A stretch of 64,000 nucleotides of DNA from Azolla caroliniana (Eukaryota; Plantae; Polypodiophyta), in the NCBI GenBank assembly GCA_043228905.1, contig JBHGNT010000012.1, positions 11,222,001 through 11,286,000 on the forward strand. Direction: 5' to 3'. Under the pieces are notes generated by a model that made no database searches, had not been told where the DNA came from, and saw only the letters and a program-made list of their open reading frames with translations. Every line of letters begins with the position of its first letter. Within the stretch, counting starts at the first letter, position 1. Shown here in pieces: positions 51,661-64,000 of this stretch. The translations under genes were made by a program, and so were the position numbers.

Positions 51661-52613
51661 GTAGGGCAGAATGTTCGAATCGGCTGAAGAAGCCGAGGAC
51701 GAATGGACATGTGCAAAAAGATCAAAAAAGTAGAGACTAATCAGATGAAAGCCGGAACTGGAGCCAATCGAGCCAAGGGACAAAAAAGCCGAGAAGGGCA
51801 AGAGAGGAGGCAAAGTCAAAAAGGACATAGTCGACCGAGCGAAGGCCAAGACCAAGACATGGGCACATGTGGTCAAGGGCCTGAAGGAGGACGAATCAGA
51901 GATAGCCGATTCGGACAAGAGCCGGAATGAATTGGAGATACCCAATTTAGTCAAGGAATTTGATTTGGAAGAGCCAAATCAGTTCAAGGCCGAGCGAACG
52001 AAAGGGTAGCTGAAGTTGATGCAAACACGGAAGAGCCAATAAGTTGAGGAGCACCAGTACCGCATAAGCCAAGGGTGCAAACAAGACGACCGAGAAGGTC
52101 GAGGTGCACAGGACTGAACAGGTTAAGGAACACAACCAAGGCACAGGGACGCCAAAATAAGCTGACAATAGAGATCGACAAAAACAGGCATTGTGATCCA
52201 ACCTCAAGTTGAGCTCGAGGGGGAGTGTTGAGCGGTCAAGCTCAACTAGATCCGGATTGGCTAAATAAGCCTGAGCCGGATCGGTATCCGGATCGGTAGG
52301 TCGTTAGAGACCTACGACTCTAGCCTAGTACGTAGGAATATTTTTTGGGAGTTAGTGTTTCATGCTTAGTACGAGCATTAAGTACTTGTCAGTACTTTAG
52401 TCAATCCTTTACGGACTTTATAAATAGTGCTATAAAACAAAGTTATATGTACATAGTCTTTGAATATTTTTGAAATCGAATTTCGTGTGTTCTCCTCTAA
52501 TTCTATCTCTCCTACATACTATATTCAAGCTTTCCATTAATTGTTGACTTTTGTGTTCTACTGTTATCTGGAACAACCGGTTTTGTCTACACTTCCACAG
52601 ATTCACTCTTACA
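51661..52613 (+). mobile_element. Copia 3' tail and LTR (52226-52613)
   Basis: Homologous to the 3' tails of the other Copia copies; GAGGGGGAG followed by TGTTGAG. Confidence 0.85.
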
Positions 52614-53259
52614 GAGACGCACAATCCCAATAGTGGATTGGAGCAATCGCTCGATCACATTTCACGAGGTAGGATTCTTGCGCACAACTATGAAGGTCAA
52701 TTCAATTTCACATCCTCCAAAGAAGGTAGATTCTGACTCGGCCATCCCACCCTCGGTCCAGGATGAGGCCATTTACGACTTAGTTCATCACCCGCTCGCT
52801 GTTTGTGGAGCTATTTCTAACACACTCCAAGTTATTCCCCACTAGTATAAAGACTTCTCCGATGTATTTGAGAAACATAATGCACATTGTTTGCCCAAAC
52901 ACCGGCTCTACGTGTGTCCACCCTTTGGTCTTCTATATGTGTTGTCTACACTAGAGCTAAAGGCCCTTCAAGTGTATCTCGATGAGAACCTCGCGAAAGC
53001 ATTTATTCAACCTTCTAAGTCGCCGGCTAGGGTCCCCATATTATTTGGGAAGAAATAGAACGGCTCTCTATGCTTATGTGTAAACTATCAAGGTCTCAAC
53101 AAACTCACTATGTGCAACCGTTATCCGCTCCATCTGATTCTCAAACTCCTTGCCCAGCTCCACGCTGCGGGTGTCTTCTCCAAAGTTGATCTATGTGGCG
53201 CGTACAATCTAGTATGCATTAAGCCCAGTGATGAATGGAAAACTACATTCCGAACACGG
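52614..53259 (+). pseudogene. Tcn1-like protease/RT fragment
   Basis: HNP..DW, YKDFSDVF, SKSP, NRYPL, GAYNLV.IKPSDEWKTTFRTR; truncated by a TGTCGTG insertion at 53260. Confidence 0.8.
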
Positions 53260-53494
53260 TGTCGTGTGAATCTTCTCACACTATGTAAAATAATAAATAA
53301 TAAAATAAGTACTTTATATTAGCTTAATGGCATGTTATAGAAAGATGGATGTTTGAGAAGATAGGGAAATTGAACTATGATTTATCCCACATAGATAGGA
53401 AACTTAAGGCTCTAGCTATATAAGCACCTTGAGATCCCTCATTTTTCATTTGTGCTAAGAACACTTTTGCCACTTTGTCTTGATGGATGATGGT

Positions 53495-53810
53495 GACCAA
53501 GTTCCCAAAAGCCGGAACCCAGTTGGTAAGCAAAATCGGAAACCGGCCGGTAAGCAAAACTGAAACCGGTCGTAAAGAAAAACTGGAAACCGGTCCAAAA
53601 GAAAAACCGAAAACCGGCCAGTACGCAAATCGGAACCTGGCCGGAAAGCAAAACCGAAACCGACCGGTAAGCAAAATCGGAAACCGACCGGTAAGCAAAA
53701 ACTAAAACCGGTCGGTAAACAAAACTTGAAACCGGCCGTAAGCAAACCGGAACCGGCGACGAAGCCGGCGAGGCGACGACAATCGGCGATCAAATGGAAC
53801 CGGCGACCGG
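53495..53810. repeat. Degenerate ~20-24-bp ACCGG-rich tandem repeat
   Basis: Units such as TAAGCAAAATCGGAAACCG(G/A)CCGG. Confidence 0.8.
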
Positions 53811-56800
53811 ACGAGGTTGTACATCACTCTGCTTGCCGATTGTTCCCACACTGGGAAATCCTTATGTGCAGCATCAGGTGCTGTTTCGTTGGCTCCTTCG
53901 ACGAAACTCCAGTAGCCATGCCCAAGCAGGTACTGGTGCATCTTGTACAACCAAGATGCATAGTTGGATATGTCGAGTTTCTCCACAGGACGCGAGCTAG
54001 CCATTCCTCTATCCATCACTTCTATGTAAGACCTGTTAGGGTTTGCTTTCAAGCGTTTGTCATTTGTAGAGGTTCTCAACCCTCGCGCTCTGATACCATG
54101 TAAACGATTACTTACGGAAGTGTTAGAAAATAGAGAAAGCAGAGAATAAACAAAGTACACGGGAGAGACAGAGAGAGCAGAACTTAAAAGCTATATTCAA
54201 AACAATATAAACACTCTGTCACTTACAACTGTGCTTAGTAGCACTATTTATACAAGTCCTCGTGGGATTGACAGAAGTACCGCGTACTTCAATGCTCACA
54301 TGAGCATCTGACACTTACTACGAGATTATAACTGCCTAGTAGTCTAAACTAATACTAGGCTTCCGGTTACCGATTGGATCCGGCTAACCGGCTCTGTTGC
54401 TTGCCGGCTTGGTTGCTCACCGGTTTACCAATCCGTCTCGCTCACCGGCTTACCGATCCCTCTCGCTCACTGGCTTATCGATCCGTCTCGCTCACCGGCT
54501 TACCAATCCGTCTCGCTCACCGGCTCAGGCTTATCCAGCCGATCCAGCTCCAGTTGAGCTTGCCACTCAACACTCCCCCTCAAGCTCAACTTGAGGTTGC
54601 ATCCTAGTGTCAACCTCTGTGGCAGTCAGTTCTTCCAAATGACTTCTCCTGGCGTCGCTCCGCCTTGCTCGCGCTCCTCGTCCGGTCCGGTTCTGTTTGC
54701 CGCGACCCCTCTTGTTTTGCGCACCTCGACCTCCTCGGTCGGCTTGTCTCCTCAACAGGCCCAATTCAGCTCCCTTGCTGCTGTGACTTTGGCGCGTTCC
54801 GGTTCGCCAATTCCTTCGTGTTGGCGTCGACTTTCGCTGCCTTCTCATCCTCTTAGCCTTGAATTGATCCGGTTCTTCCGAATCTGTCTGTCGAACCAAA
54901 TCAACTGTCTCTGATTCGTTCCAGCTCTTGTCTGAATCGGTTGCTCCCGATTCGTCTTCTGGTTCCAAGCCCTTCACCACATCGGACCATGTTTGGGTCT
55001 TGGTCTTCTTCCTTCGGTCGGCTTTGTCCTTCTTGACTCTGTCGCCACTGCCGCTTGTTCTGACTTGTTCGGACGTGTCGACTTCCCTTGTCGACTGGGC
55101 TCTTTCTTCTTCTTGGCTCTCCCTTCAACGGTTCTTCCCTCACCGGCGCAATCGGCAGTCTCTTTGCCTTTGCCCATTCCGGTGTCTTTGCCCATTCTCC
55201 CCCTCAAGTGTGTGTGGCACGTCGAGATGCTGAACACCAAGCATTTCGGTGAAGTGCTGCAACTTGCCCAATCCGAGTGGTTTGGTGAAGATGTCGGCAA
55301 CTTGTCGATACGTGTGAACATACCAAAGTTTGACCTCACCGCTCAGGACACACTCACGCACGAAGTGATAGTGCACTTCAATGTGCTTTGTGCGAGCATG
55401 GAATACGGGGTTCTTGGCGAGTTGCATGCTGCTTATGTTGTCGCAGTAGACCAGAATCGGGGTCGGTACCTCGATCCGTAGGTCTTGCAGCAGTCGTCGA
55501 AGCCAAATGGCTTCACAGGTGGCAATGGTAGCGCCCCAATACTCAGCCTCAGTGCTCGACAGAGCAACTATTGGCTGCTTTTTGCTGCTCCACGCAACAG
55601 CCACACTACCTAGGGAAAACATGTAACCGGAGGTTGATTGGCGATCTAATGCATCGCCGGCCTAGTCGGCATCTGTGTAACCGACCAGCTCTTCGGGTAT
55701 ACCGCGCCGGTATAACAGGCCCTAGTCCTTCGTGCCGCTTACATATCGCAGTATCCGTTGTGCACACTGAAGGTGCACCACGGTCGGCTTCTGCATGAAC
55801 TGACTTATCATTCCGACCAGATAGCTGATGTCGGGTCGCGTGATAGTCAATTAAATAAGGCTTCCGATAATTTGTTGGAACCGTTTCTCGTTGCAGGCCG
55901 GTCCGGAGTTGCAACGAAGCTTCTGGTTCTAGTCCAAGGGTGTGGAGACAGGTCGGCATTCTATCATGTTGAACTTGTCCAGCATATTCAAGACGTAATG
56001 TCGTAGTGAGAGTAGTATGCCGTCGGGGGTTCGGATCACCTCGATCCCAAGAAAATAATGAAGGTCCCCCAGGTCCTTCATCTCAAATGTGTCCGACAAC
56101 TCGGACTTGACGCAGTTGACTTCTGGAAGACCTGGTCCGGTGATGACTAAATCATCAACATACAACAGGACACATATCGGACCGGCTGAGCCTTGCCGGA
56201 TGAACAACGAAGAGTCGGACTTGGAGGCCGCAAACCCCATCTTACGCAACTGGTGCGTGATCTTCGCATTCCAAGCTCGAGGGGCTTGCTTCAGGCCGTA
56301 CAACGACTTCTTTAGCTGGCATACCGCCGACTTGTTCATCTCCGATGGAAAACTGGGGGGCGGAGTCATAAAGACTTCTTCTTCAAGATCACCCTGAAGA
56401 AACACATTCTTCAAATCCATCTGGTGAAGATGCCACCCTCTTGCTGCAGCAACCGCCAGCACCACACGAACTGTCGTCATCTTAGCTACCGGAGTGAAGG
56501 TCTCGTCGTAGTCGATTCCGTGAGTCTGCGTGTATCCCTTCGCCACTAACTGGGCCTTGTACCGGTTAACTGAACCGTCGGCGTTGCACTTTACCTTGTA
56601 CACCCACTTGCATCCGATCGGTTTACAGTGACGGGGAGGATCAACTAGGTCCCATGTCTTGTTGACATCAAGTGCCCGCATTTCTTCCTCCATAGCGGCA
56701 CGCCAATTTGCGTCCTTTGCCGCTTCTGCGTATACCTCCGGCTCACGCACTTCCGCCACTTTAGTCATGTACACATAGTGATGCGCCATGTACTCATTGT

Positions 56801-59800
56801 ACCCGTACCGCATGACGGGATCCTTCTGGCGGGTGGACCGGCGTAACTCACCGTTACCCGGTTTAAGGCCTTTCTTGCCCGGTTCGGTCTACCGAAGATC
56901 CGCCTTTGTCCTTGCCGAAGTCGGATGCACACCGATCCGACTCATCGTTACCGGTTTCGAATGTCGGCATCTTTTTCTTCCATTTCTCTTTGTGCGTGAA
57001 CCGTCTCCTCGGTTCCTTGTGCGGGGAGAGCACGGCAGAGTCTCCACTACTCGCTGGTTCCGCATCGGATTGGTCAGATTGACTCAGTCTCTCGTTCGGC
57101 CTGCTCAACCAAAACGATTCCAGGCTCTCATCCTGAGTCCATGCTTCATCATCATCTACCTGGGCCGGTTTAGGCTCACTAGCCTCATCTTCCGGCATCG
57201 GGTCGGATTCGGAAGTTGAAGCCGGTAAGGAGTACCACAATGCCGATTCATCAAACTCGACATCTCGACTAACTCGGACCTGCTTTGTCTGGGGGTTATA
57301 ACACTTATAACCCTTTTGCTCTTGAGCATAGCCGATTAGGATGCATTTTTCCGATTTTGCATCCAACTTCCTCCGCTTCTCATCTGGTACATGCACATAT
57401 GCAATGCTACCAAAGATCTTAAGGTGTCTCAAATTTGGCTTGCGCCCGAAATACAGCTCGTGAGCTGACACCTTGTCACTGATCTGGTTCTGGATGTAGA
57501 CAGTCGTTCGAACTGCCTCCGCCTAGAAGAATTTGGGCATGCTCTTCTCCTCCAGCATTGCCCTTGCCGCATCAATAAGCGACCAGTTCTTCCTTTCGGC
57601 AACACCATTCTGTTGCGGTGTGTATCTGCAGTTGAACTCTCGTCGAATTCCCTTTTGCTGTAGATAACTATTGAATTGGCTGGAAAAGTATTCTTTTCCG
57701 CCATCCGACCGCAAGCATTTATTGATCTTCCTCTTTGATTCCCGTTCCACCATGCTTTGGAGACTCCGGAAACACTCGAAGACTTCACTCTTCCGCTCAA
57801 TGAGATAAATCCATGTGTGCCGCGTATAGTCATTGATGAAGGAGACGAAATATTGACTCCCGCCAAGACTAACATTCTGTGCCGATCCCCACACATCTGA
57901 ATGGATAAAGTTGAGCTTGTTACGACTCCGGTTACGTTCGGTGGGGAATGGAAGCCGGTGTTGCTTCCCGAGTTGGCAGGCTTCACATACTTGGGCCTTC
58001 CGGCTACTGAACTTCGGCAAACCGAAAACAACTTGTTTCGCTTGCAGGTCTTGAAGCCACCGGTAATTGATGTGGCCAATCCGCTTGTGCCACAGGTCGA
58101 TGTCCGATTCGACCTTTTGTCCATTTGCAAACAGAGCGGTGCCGACGTCATTGGTGTCGAGGATAAACATCCTCCCGTCTCTGCGCCCTTGCGCAATAAT
58201 CTGGCCCTCTTCCTCGATGAAGCACCCGAGGTGTGTAAACCGCACCTACATCCCTTGGTCAACGATCTGTCCGATCGACACCAGGTTCTTCGTGATTGTC
58301 AGAACGTGTAATACGTTCATCAGCTTCCCCTTCTATCCGACGTGGCTCAAAGGAACTTCTTCGATGTGCATGATTGGGTGACGAGTGTCGTCTCCGGTTT
58401 CGACTACTCCTAGTTGATCCGGTTTCTCCAAAAAGGAGAACCACTCTTTGTGGCTCGTCATGTGGTTCGACGCACGGGAATCAACATACCACACTTCCTC
58501 CGATTTGGAATTGGTCTTCTTCATCGAGTTCACCTCATGCTTCATCACCAAGGCTGGCCCGTTACCGTTCTTGGATCCTCCCGATCCCTTCGCGTAGTGC
58601 GAGCTTTGTGGCCATCCTTGCCAGCCTTGCCGGATCTGGATTTGTCCGAATCGGCCCGTTTTCTCTAGCACTCACTTTCTCTGTGGCCCTTTTTGCCACA
58701 ATACTAGCATTCCGTTGTAGTCTTCTCTTGCCGTCTTCCGGTGCCTCCATGACTCCCCCTGCTCCCGGAGGGTCCGGAACTGTTGTCGGCACGTTCTTTG
58801 TGCCTTTGTTCCTGGTCTTGCCGGCCGCCTCCATTGCGTGCCGACCCGCCTCATCCACCACGCCCACGGGACCGATCCGCTTCCGTGTACAGCATCCAGC
58901 TGTCAATGGGTGCACCAGTTGACGCACCGGCGTGATTCTCCTCTACAAGGAGCATCGACTTTTAGTCGAAAAATGACGGTGTATTCTCCCTTGTACACAA
59001 TGCCATTCGGAACGCTCTGAACTTATACGTTAGGCCCCCAAGACAGACCTGTACCATCTCGTCTTCCTCTACGGTAACGTTGATAGAGACAAGCGAGTCA
59101 CATATCTCTTTGATCCGGTCTGTGTAATCCACCACCGACATGTCCTTCTGTCGGACATTGGTCAACTCCTGTCGGAGTTGCAGCTTCCGGGCTGTAGTGC
59201 TCGCGGCGAAAACCTTCTTCAGGTTTCCCCAAGCCTCCTTCGGCGTCTTGGCGTCTCGGATGTGGCTCAGCAGCTGGTCTCCGACACTGGACGCGAAGCA
59301 GTACATCACTCTGCTTGCCGATTGTTCCCACACTGGGAAATCCTTATGTGCCGCATCAAGCGCTGTTTCATTGGCTCCTTTGACGAAACTCCAGTAGCCA
59401 TGCCCAAGGAGGTACTGGTGCATCTTGTACGACCAAGATGCATAGTTGGATATGTCGATTTTCTCCATAGGGAGCGAGCTAGCCATTCCTCTATCCATCA
59501 CTTCTCTGTCTACTGTTCTTACGACCTGTTAGGGTTTGCTTTCAAGCGTTTGTTAGTTGCAGAGGTTCTCAACCCTCGCGCTCTGATACCATGTAAACGA
59601 TTACTTGCGGAAGCGTTAGAAAATAGAGAAAGCAGAGAATACACAGAACAGAGTACACGGGAGAGACAGAGAGAGCAAAAATTAAAAGCTATATTCAAAA
59701 CAATATAAACACTCTGTCACTTACAACTGTGCTTAGTAGCACTATTTATACAAGTCCTCGTGGGACTGACAGAAGTACTGCATACTTCAATGCTCACACG

Positions 59801-59979
59801 AGCATCTAACACTTACTACGAGACTATAACTACCTAGTAGTCTAAACTAATACTAGGCTTCCGGTTACCGATTGGATCCGGCTAACTGGCTCGGTTGCAT
59901 GCCGGCTTACCGATCTGTCTCGCTCATCGGCTCAGGCTTATCCAGCCGATCTGGCTCCAGTAGAGCTTGTCGCTCAACA
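53810..59979 (-). mobile_element. Copia element (5' LTR 59592-59979, 3' LTR 54099-54572) followed by a second PBS and gag start (53810-54098)
   Basis: All pol domains are present with stops. PBS at 59581-59591 and again at 54088-54098. No TSD. Confidence 0.95.
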
Positions 59980-62479
59980 CAAAGTAACATGGAAGGCTAT
60001 GATAAACAGAGAACTCCATATATATTCCATTTTTTTTCCTACACTGACTCTCTCTCTCCATTAATTTTCTTTTCCTTCTCAGCTCCCTTATCTTAGGGAA
60101 GCCATAACTCTCATTAACCCTAAATTCCCTACGGAAGCCATAACACTCAAAAACTGTAATCTTCCCTACGGAAGCCATAACACTCAAAAACCCTAATTTC
60201 CTTACGGAAGCCATAAACCCTAAATTTCCCTATGGAAGCCATATCTCTCAAAATCTAAAATATCTTATCAAAGCCAAAAACCCTAAATTTCTATTGAATC
60301 CATATTTAGTTTCTTCTAATCTATTATTCTAGCAATCTCCATAAGCTAAACTTTTGTAATCCCAATCTTGGGATTGATTGTAATCTTTCTTTTGAATTGT
60401 TAATGAAAATTGTCAATCTTTCTTATTTCGGCTAATTCTTAATCTATTTCATATTCTCTGGTCGGTGGCCCCGGGGTCCTGCCTCAAGTTCACGTATCCT
60501 CATCGTATTTCCGCGACAATGGTATGGGCATTTCGAATACTGTTGTCCGCCGGAATAGTAACCGACGGACAAAAGCAAAGGAATAAGAAATAATATAAGA
60601 TCATAACGCATGTAACAGTTCACGCAGGAAGTGTGAACGGCTAAATAGACCCTGCATATATAAAGGGCAGAAAACCTCTGATAGACGGGGCATGTAATTT
60701 TGGGGAATGTAAAGAAACGTCTCATAATAGAATTCTATCTTCTCTGATTTCCTATGTATAGTTACGGCTAATTCACTGTGTGTGTCTTGAATACCTAAGT
60801 GTTTAAGTACATAAGTGTAACCCTTGATAGGGATTCGGTTGTAGCCGTCTCCCTTATATGCTGATAGGTTAGAGGGAACCTTCTCCTACGCATTACGCTT
60901 AGACACCTATTTGTTGTTCCACACCCACTTGGAGGTCTAGGTCGAAGGACTGACCGCGGACCGTGTTCCTAATCGGCAACACTTTTGGCACGCTTGGTGG
61001 TCTGTGTTTTCTCACAAATGAGCAACAACGAATGGATGTTTAGCCGCAGACGCCCCAGAGAACCAACACGACAAGACTAGCCAATAACAAGGTCCGTCAC
61101 ACGCCAGGCAGAAGAACGCGCACGGCAAAAGCCGCGCCTCAGCAACCTCAGTACTACCTGCCGTGAGTACAAAAGTGATTCTTCGCTCTCCAAATACCTC
61201 GACGAGACGCGGGGACTACGCTCACCACAACCACTTGGTGGTCTTTCCGACCCGTTGTAGCCCCCACCATGGCCTTTGCCTACCCCCGCTTTAACGGCGA
61301 AACCGACACCGCAACGCATATTCGCATGTTCCTGAATGTCTAGAATGCGAACCACATGGCGCAGAGCCTTTCGGAGGCCGTAGCACACCAGTCGAAAATG
61401 ATGGAGTTCGGGTTAACATTAGATGGGCGAGCCGTGTTTTGGCATTCATAGATGGATTTACCAGCAATAACAACCTTCGATCAGCTACAGTCTGCGTTCT
61501 TGCGATTCTTCCAGCAGAGGGTTCCACAACGCGAAATCCTCGGACAGTTTTATACAATTAAGCAACTACCGACAAAGACGATAGCGGACTTCAGCTTACG
61601 CTTCCAAAATTTATGACGGAAACTGGAACGGAGCCCCGTAGAGACAAGGCTCAGGAAACATTTCTGGCAGCTTTACGCCGGCCCGTCCGGGCAACACTCA
61701 ACAACAATAGCGTGAAATGGGAAACGGCGGATATGGTAATTGAACGAGCGTTACAGCTCGAGTTGGATGGCGAGGAGGAAAGGTTTTCTATGTCCTCCTT
61801 ACGACAAGCGCTACCTCAGGATGAGGAACGCCAGTTTCGTCAAGCAATCCAATGCACGATTTGCTTGAACTCGGGGCATTCCGCAATGGACTGCAATATG
61901 CGAATCCATTGCCCAATCTGCCACTCGAAGGCTCACACAGTCGACCAATGCGAGTACAATATGTTAAACAGAGCCACTCCCACAGTCCGCAACATGGACA
62001 CACAACGTCAACCACACCGGACTGAACAAAGGAGGCAAGAAGACCGACCCCGGTATAAGGATCGCAACCCACGAGAGGACCAGTACCACCGGAATCGCTG
62101 AAATCACAACGATTCCGAGCAGGACGACCCAGAGGACGAGGATTATCGTGGACATCCGAGTTACGCCAAAGGGGGTCGGCGCTACGAGAATCAACGGCCA
62201 ACAAACAAACAGGGCGGCTTCAATGGTTATCGTGGTAAGCCACGGCAATATCAGGATCACCGGCGTTACGACGAAAGCTCGGGGGATGAGCGGCACTAGG
62301 AACAACGACAGGACCAACAACAGCCACCGCATACATTCCGACAAACAAGGCCGGACCGCGAGGAGCAAGTAGCACCAGGGGAGCGGCACACACCACCAGG
62401 AGCCGAGAAGGGTGAATCAAGCATCCATTGTTTTATTTGTCAGCAACCCGGACATTATGCCACGCAAGGGAAAGGGGCC
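59980..62479 (+). mobile_element. Gypsy (non-chromovirus-like) 5' part: LTR remainder to 60981, PBS from 60986, decayed gag
   Basis: LTR ends GGCAACA. PBS TGGCACGCTTGGTGG is tRNA-Arg-like. Gag has CTICLNSGHSAMDC, CPICHSKAHTVDQC and CFICQQPGHYA. Short GGAAGCCATAA repeats at 60095-60245. Confidence 0.8.
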
Positions 62480-64000
62480 TGTCGAAAAACAGTGCTCGGC
62501 CACAACCGAGGAATAGGATCAACTCACAGAAAACGGGAAATACAAAGTGCACGAGGACAATAGAGAGAAAGGTACACTAGATATTTTACGTGGAAAACCC
62601 TAAATGGGAAAAAACCACGGGAGTCCTCAAACTCCAACTATCACTATGAACAGGGATGTACAATTGTGAGGCTTCAAGGCAACAACCTTGAGCTCACTGT
62701 CTTCGCCACAGGCGGCGGTACTACACAGAGGCAACGACCTCTTCGTCTCTCTCTCTCTCTCTCTCTCTCGGCTGCTCTCACTTCGCATAAGAATGAGCAA
62801 CAACATATAAACTGTTTGCCCTAAGTCATATTTATACACATATGACTTTCGGGCTATTTACAAATATAGCCTCGAGGGCCCTTGGCAAACATATTCACAA
62901 ATATGTCCCCGCATCCGGATCTCTCTCCGGGTACATGCGTCATCCGGCTCCGTAACCGGGGTCTTCAGCATCCGGCTCCGTAGCCGGGTCTTCGTCATCC
63001 GGCTCCGTAACCGGGGTCTTCAGCATCCGGCTCCGTAGCCGGGTCTTCGTCATCCGGCTCCGTAACCGGGGTCTTCAGCATCCGGCTCCGTAGCCGGGTC
63101 TTCGTCATCCGGCTCCGTAACCGGTGTCTTCAGCATCCGGCTCCGTAGCCGGGTCTTCGTCATCATCCGGTTCCGTAACCGCAACCGGTCTTGCCGTCAT
63201 TCATCTCCGGACATCCCATCCGGAGGGACCAAAATCCCAACAAACTCCCCCTTCACTTCGGCATGGGATGTCTCTCCAATCCGATCCTCTTCCGGCATGC
63301 TTCCAGCTTGTCGGGTGTAAGTACCTTGGTCAGCATATCCGACCCGTTCTCGTCCGTGTGGATCTTCGTCAGCACGAACTCCTTGTCTTCTATCCTTTCC
63401 CGGATCCAGTGGTATCTACGCTGGATGTGCTTCATCCGGGAGTGATAGGCCGCATTCTTCGCAAGGTGGATGGCACTCTGACTGTCGCAGTAGAGTCGAT
63501 ACTCCTCCTGCCGGATACCGAGCTCTTTAATGAAGTCCTTCATCCATATTATTTCCTTGCCGGCTTCAACAGCCGCCATGTACTCCGCCTCCGTGGTTGA
63601 CAACGCCACCGTCTTCTGCAGCCTCGACTGCCATGAAACAGCTCCCCCTGCATACGTCATCACATACCCTGATGTGGACCGGCTGGTATCTGCATCAGCC
63701 GACATATCCGAATCGGTGAAGCCGTCGAGTTCGGGCTTACCGGAGCCGAATCGGAGGCACACGTTTGCCGTGCCCTTCAGGTATCGGAGTATCCACTTGG
63801 CCGCGTTCCAATGCTCTTTGCCGGGGTTGCTCATGTACCGGCTCACCACTCCGACTGCGTATCCAATGTCCGGTCTTGTACACACCATTGCGTACATCAA
63901 GCTTCCGACGGCAGAGGCATATGGTACTTTCATCATGTCCTCCTTCTCAGCCTTTGTCTTGGGGCTTTGCTTGCTGGACAACTTGCAGTTTGCCGGGAGT
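62480..64000 (-). mobile_element. 3' end of an apparently young Copia element: open RT/RNase H frame to 63253, PPT and 3' LTR (62480-63242)
   Basis: VPYASAVGSLMYAMVCTRPD, FTDSDM, STTEAEY, CDSQSAI; PPT AAGGGGGAG followed by TGTTGG...CGACA. Confidence 0.93.
62941..63185. repeat. 55-bp (28+27) higher-order tandem repeat in LTR U3, about 4 copies
   Basis: CATCCGGCTCCGTAACCGGGGTCTTCAG + CATCCGGCTCCGTAGCCGGGTCTTCGT starting at 62941, 62996, 63051 and 63106. Confidence 0.95.

Overview
Eukaryotic, repeat-dense genomic DNA, most likely from a non-seed land plant such as a fern or lycophyte (inferred from the retroelement types; not proven). Most of the window is nested, largely decayed LTR retrotransposons: several Ty1/Copia copies (one full length with a 5-bp TSD), a full-length Tcn1/Tf1-like chromovirus with a TSD, a Met-primed chromovirus family, a family with TGTCGTG...C(A/G)CGACA termini, zinc-knuckle-rich Gypsy gag remnants and solo LTRs. 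Two parts are not retroelements. (1) An AT-rich island (~30.2-34.2 kb) holds an intact 116-codon ORF that looks like a small secreted peptide precursor, with an ADPEFF motif encoded twice by almost entirely different synonymous codons. (2) A ~8 kb DNA-transposon-like unit (38.3-46.6 kb) carries a Sola2-like DDE transposase and a convergent gene with an FCP1/NIF-like phosphatase domain that lacks its catalytic aspartates; both genes appear to have introns filled with a palindromic TAGCTAATTAGCTA satellite. No rRNA, tRNA, CRISPR array or confidently named host gene was seen. Family assignments come from recognising motifs by eye, not from database searches.
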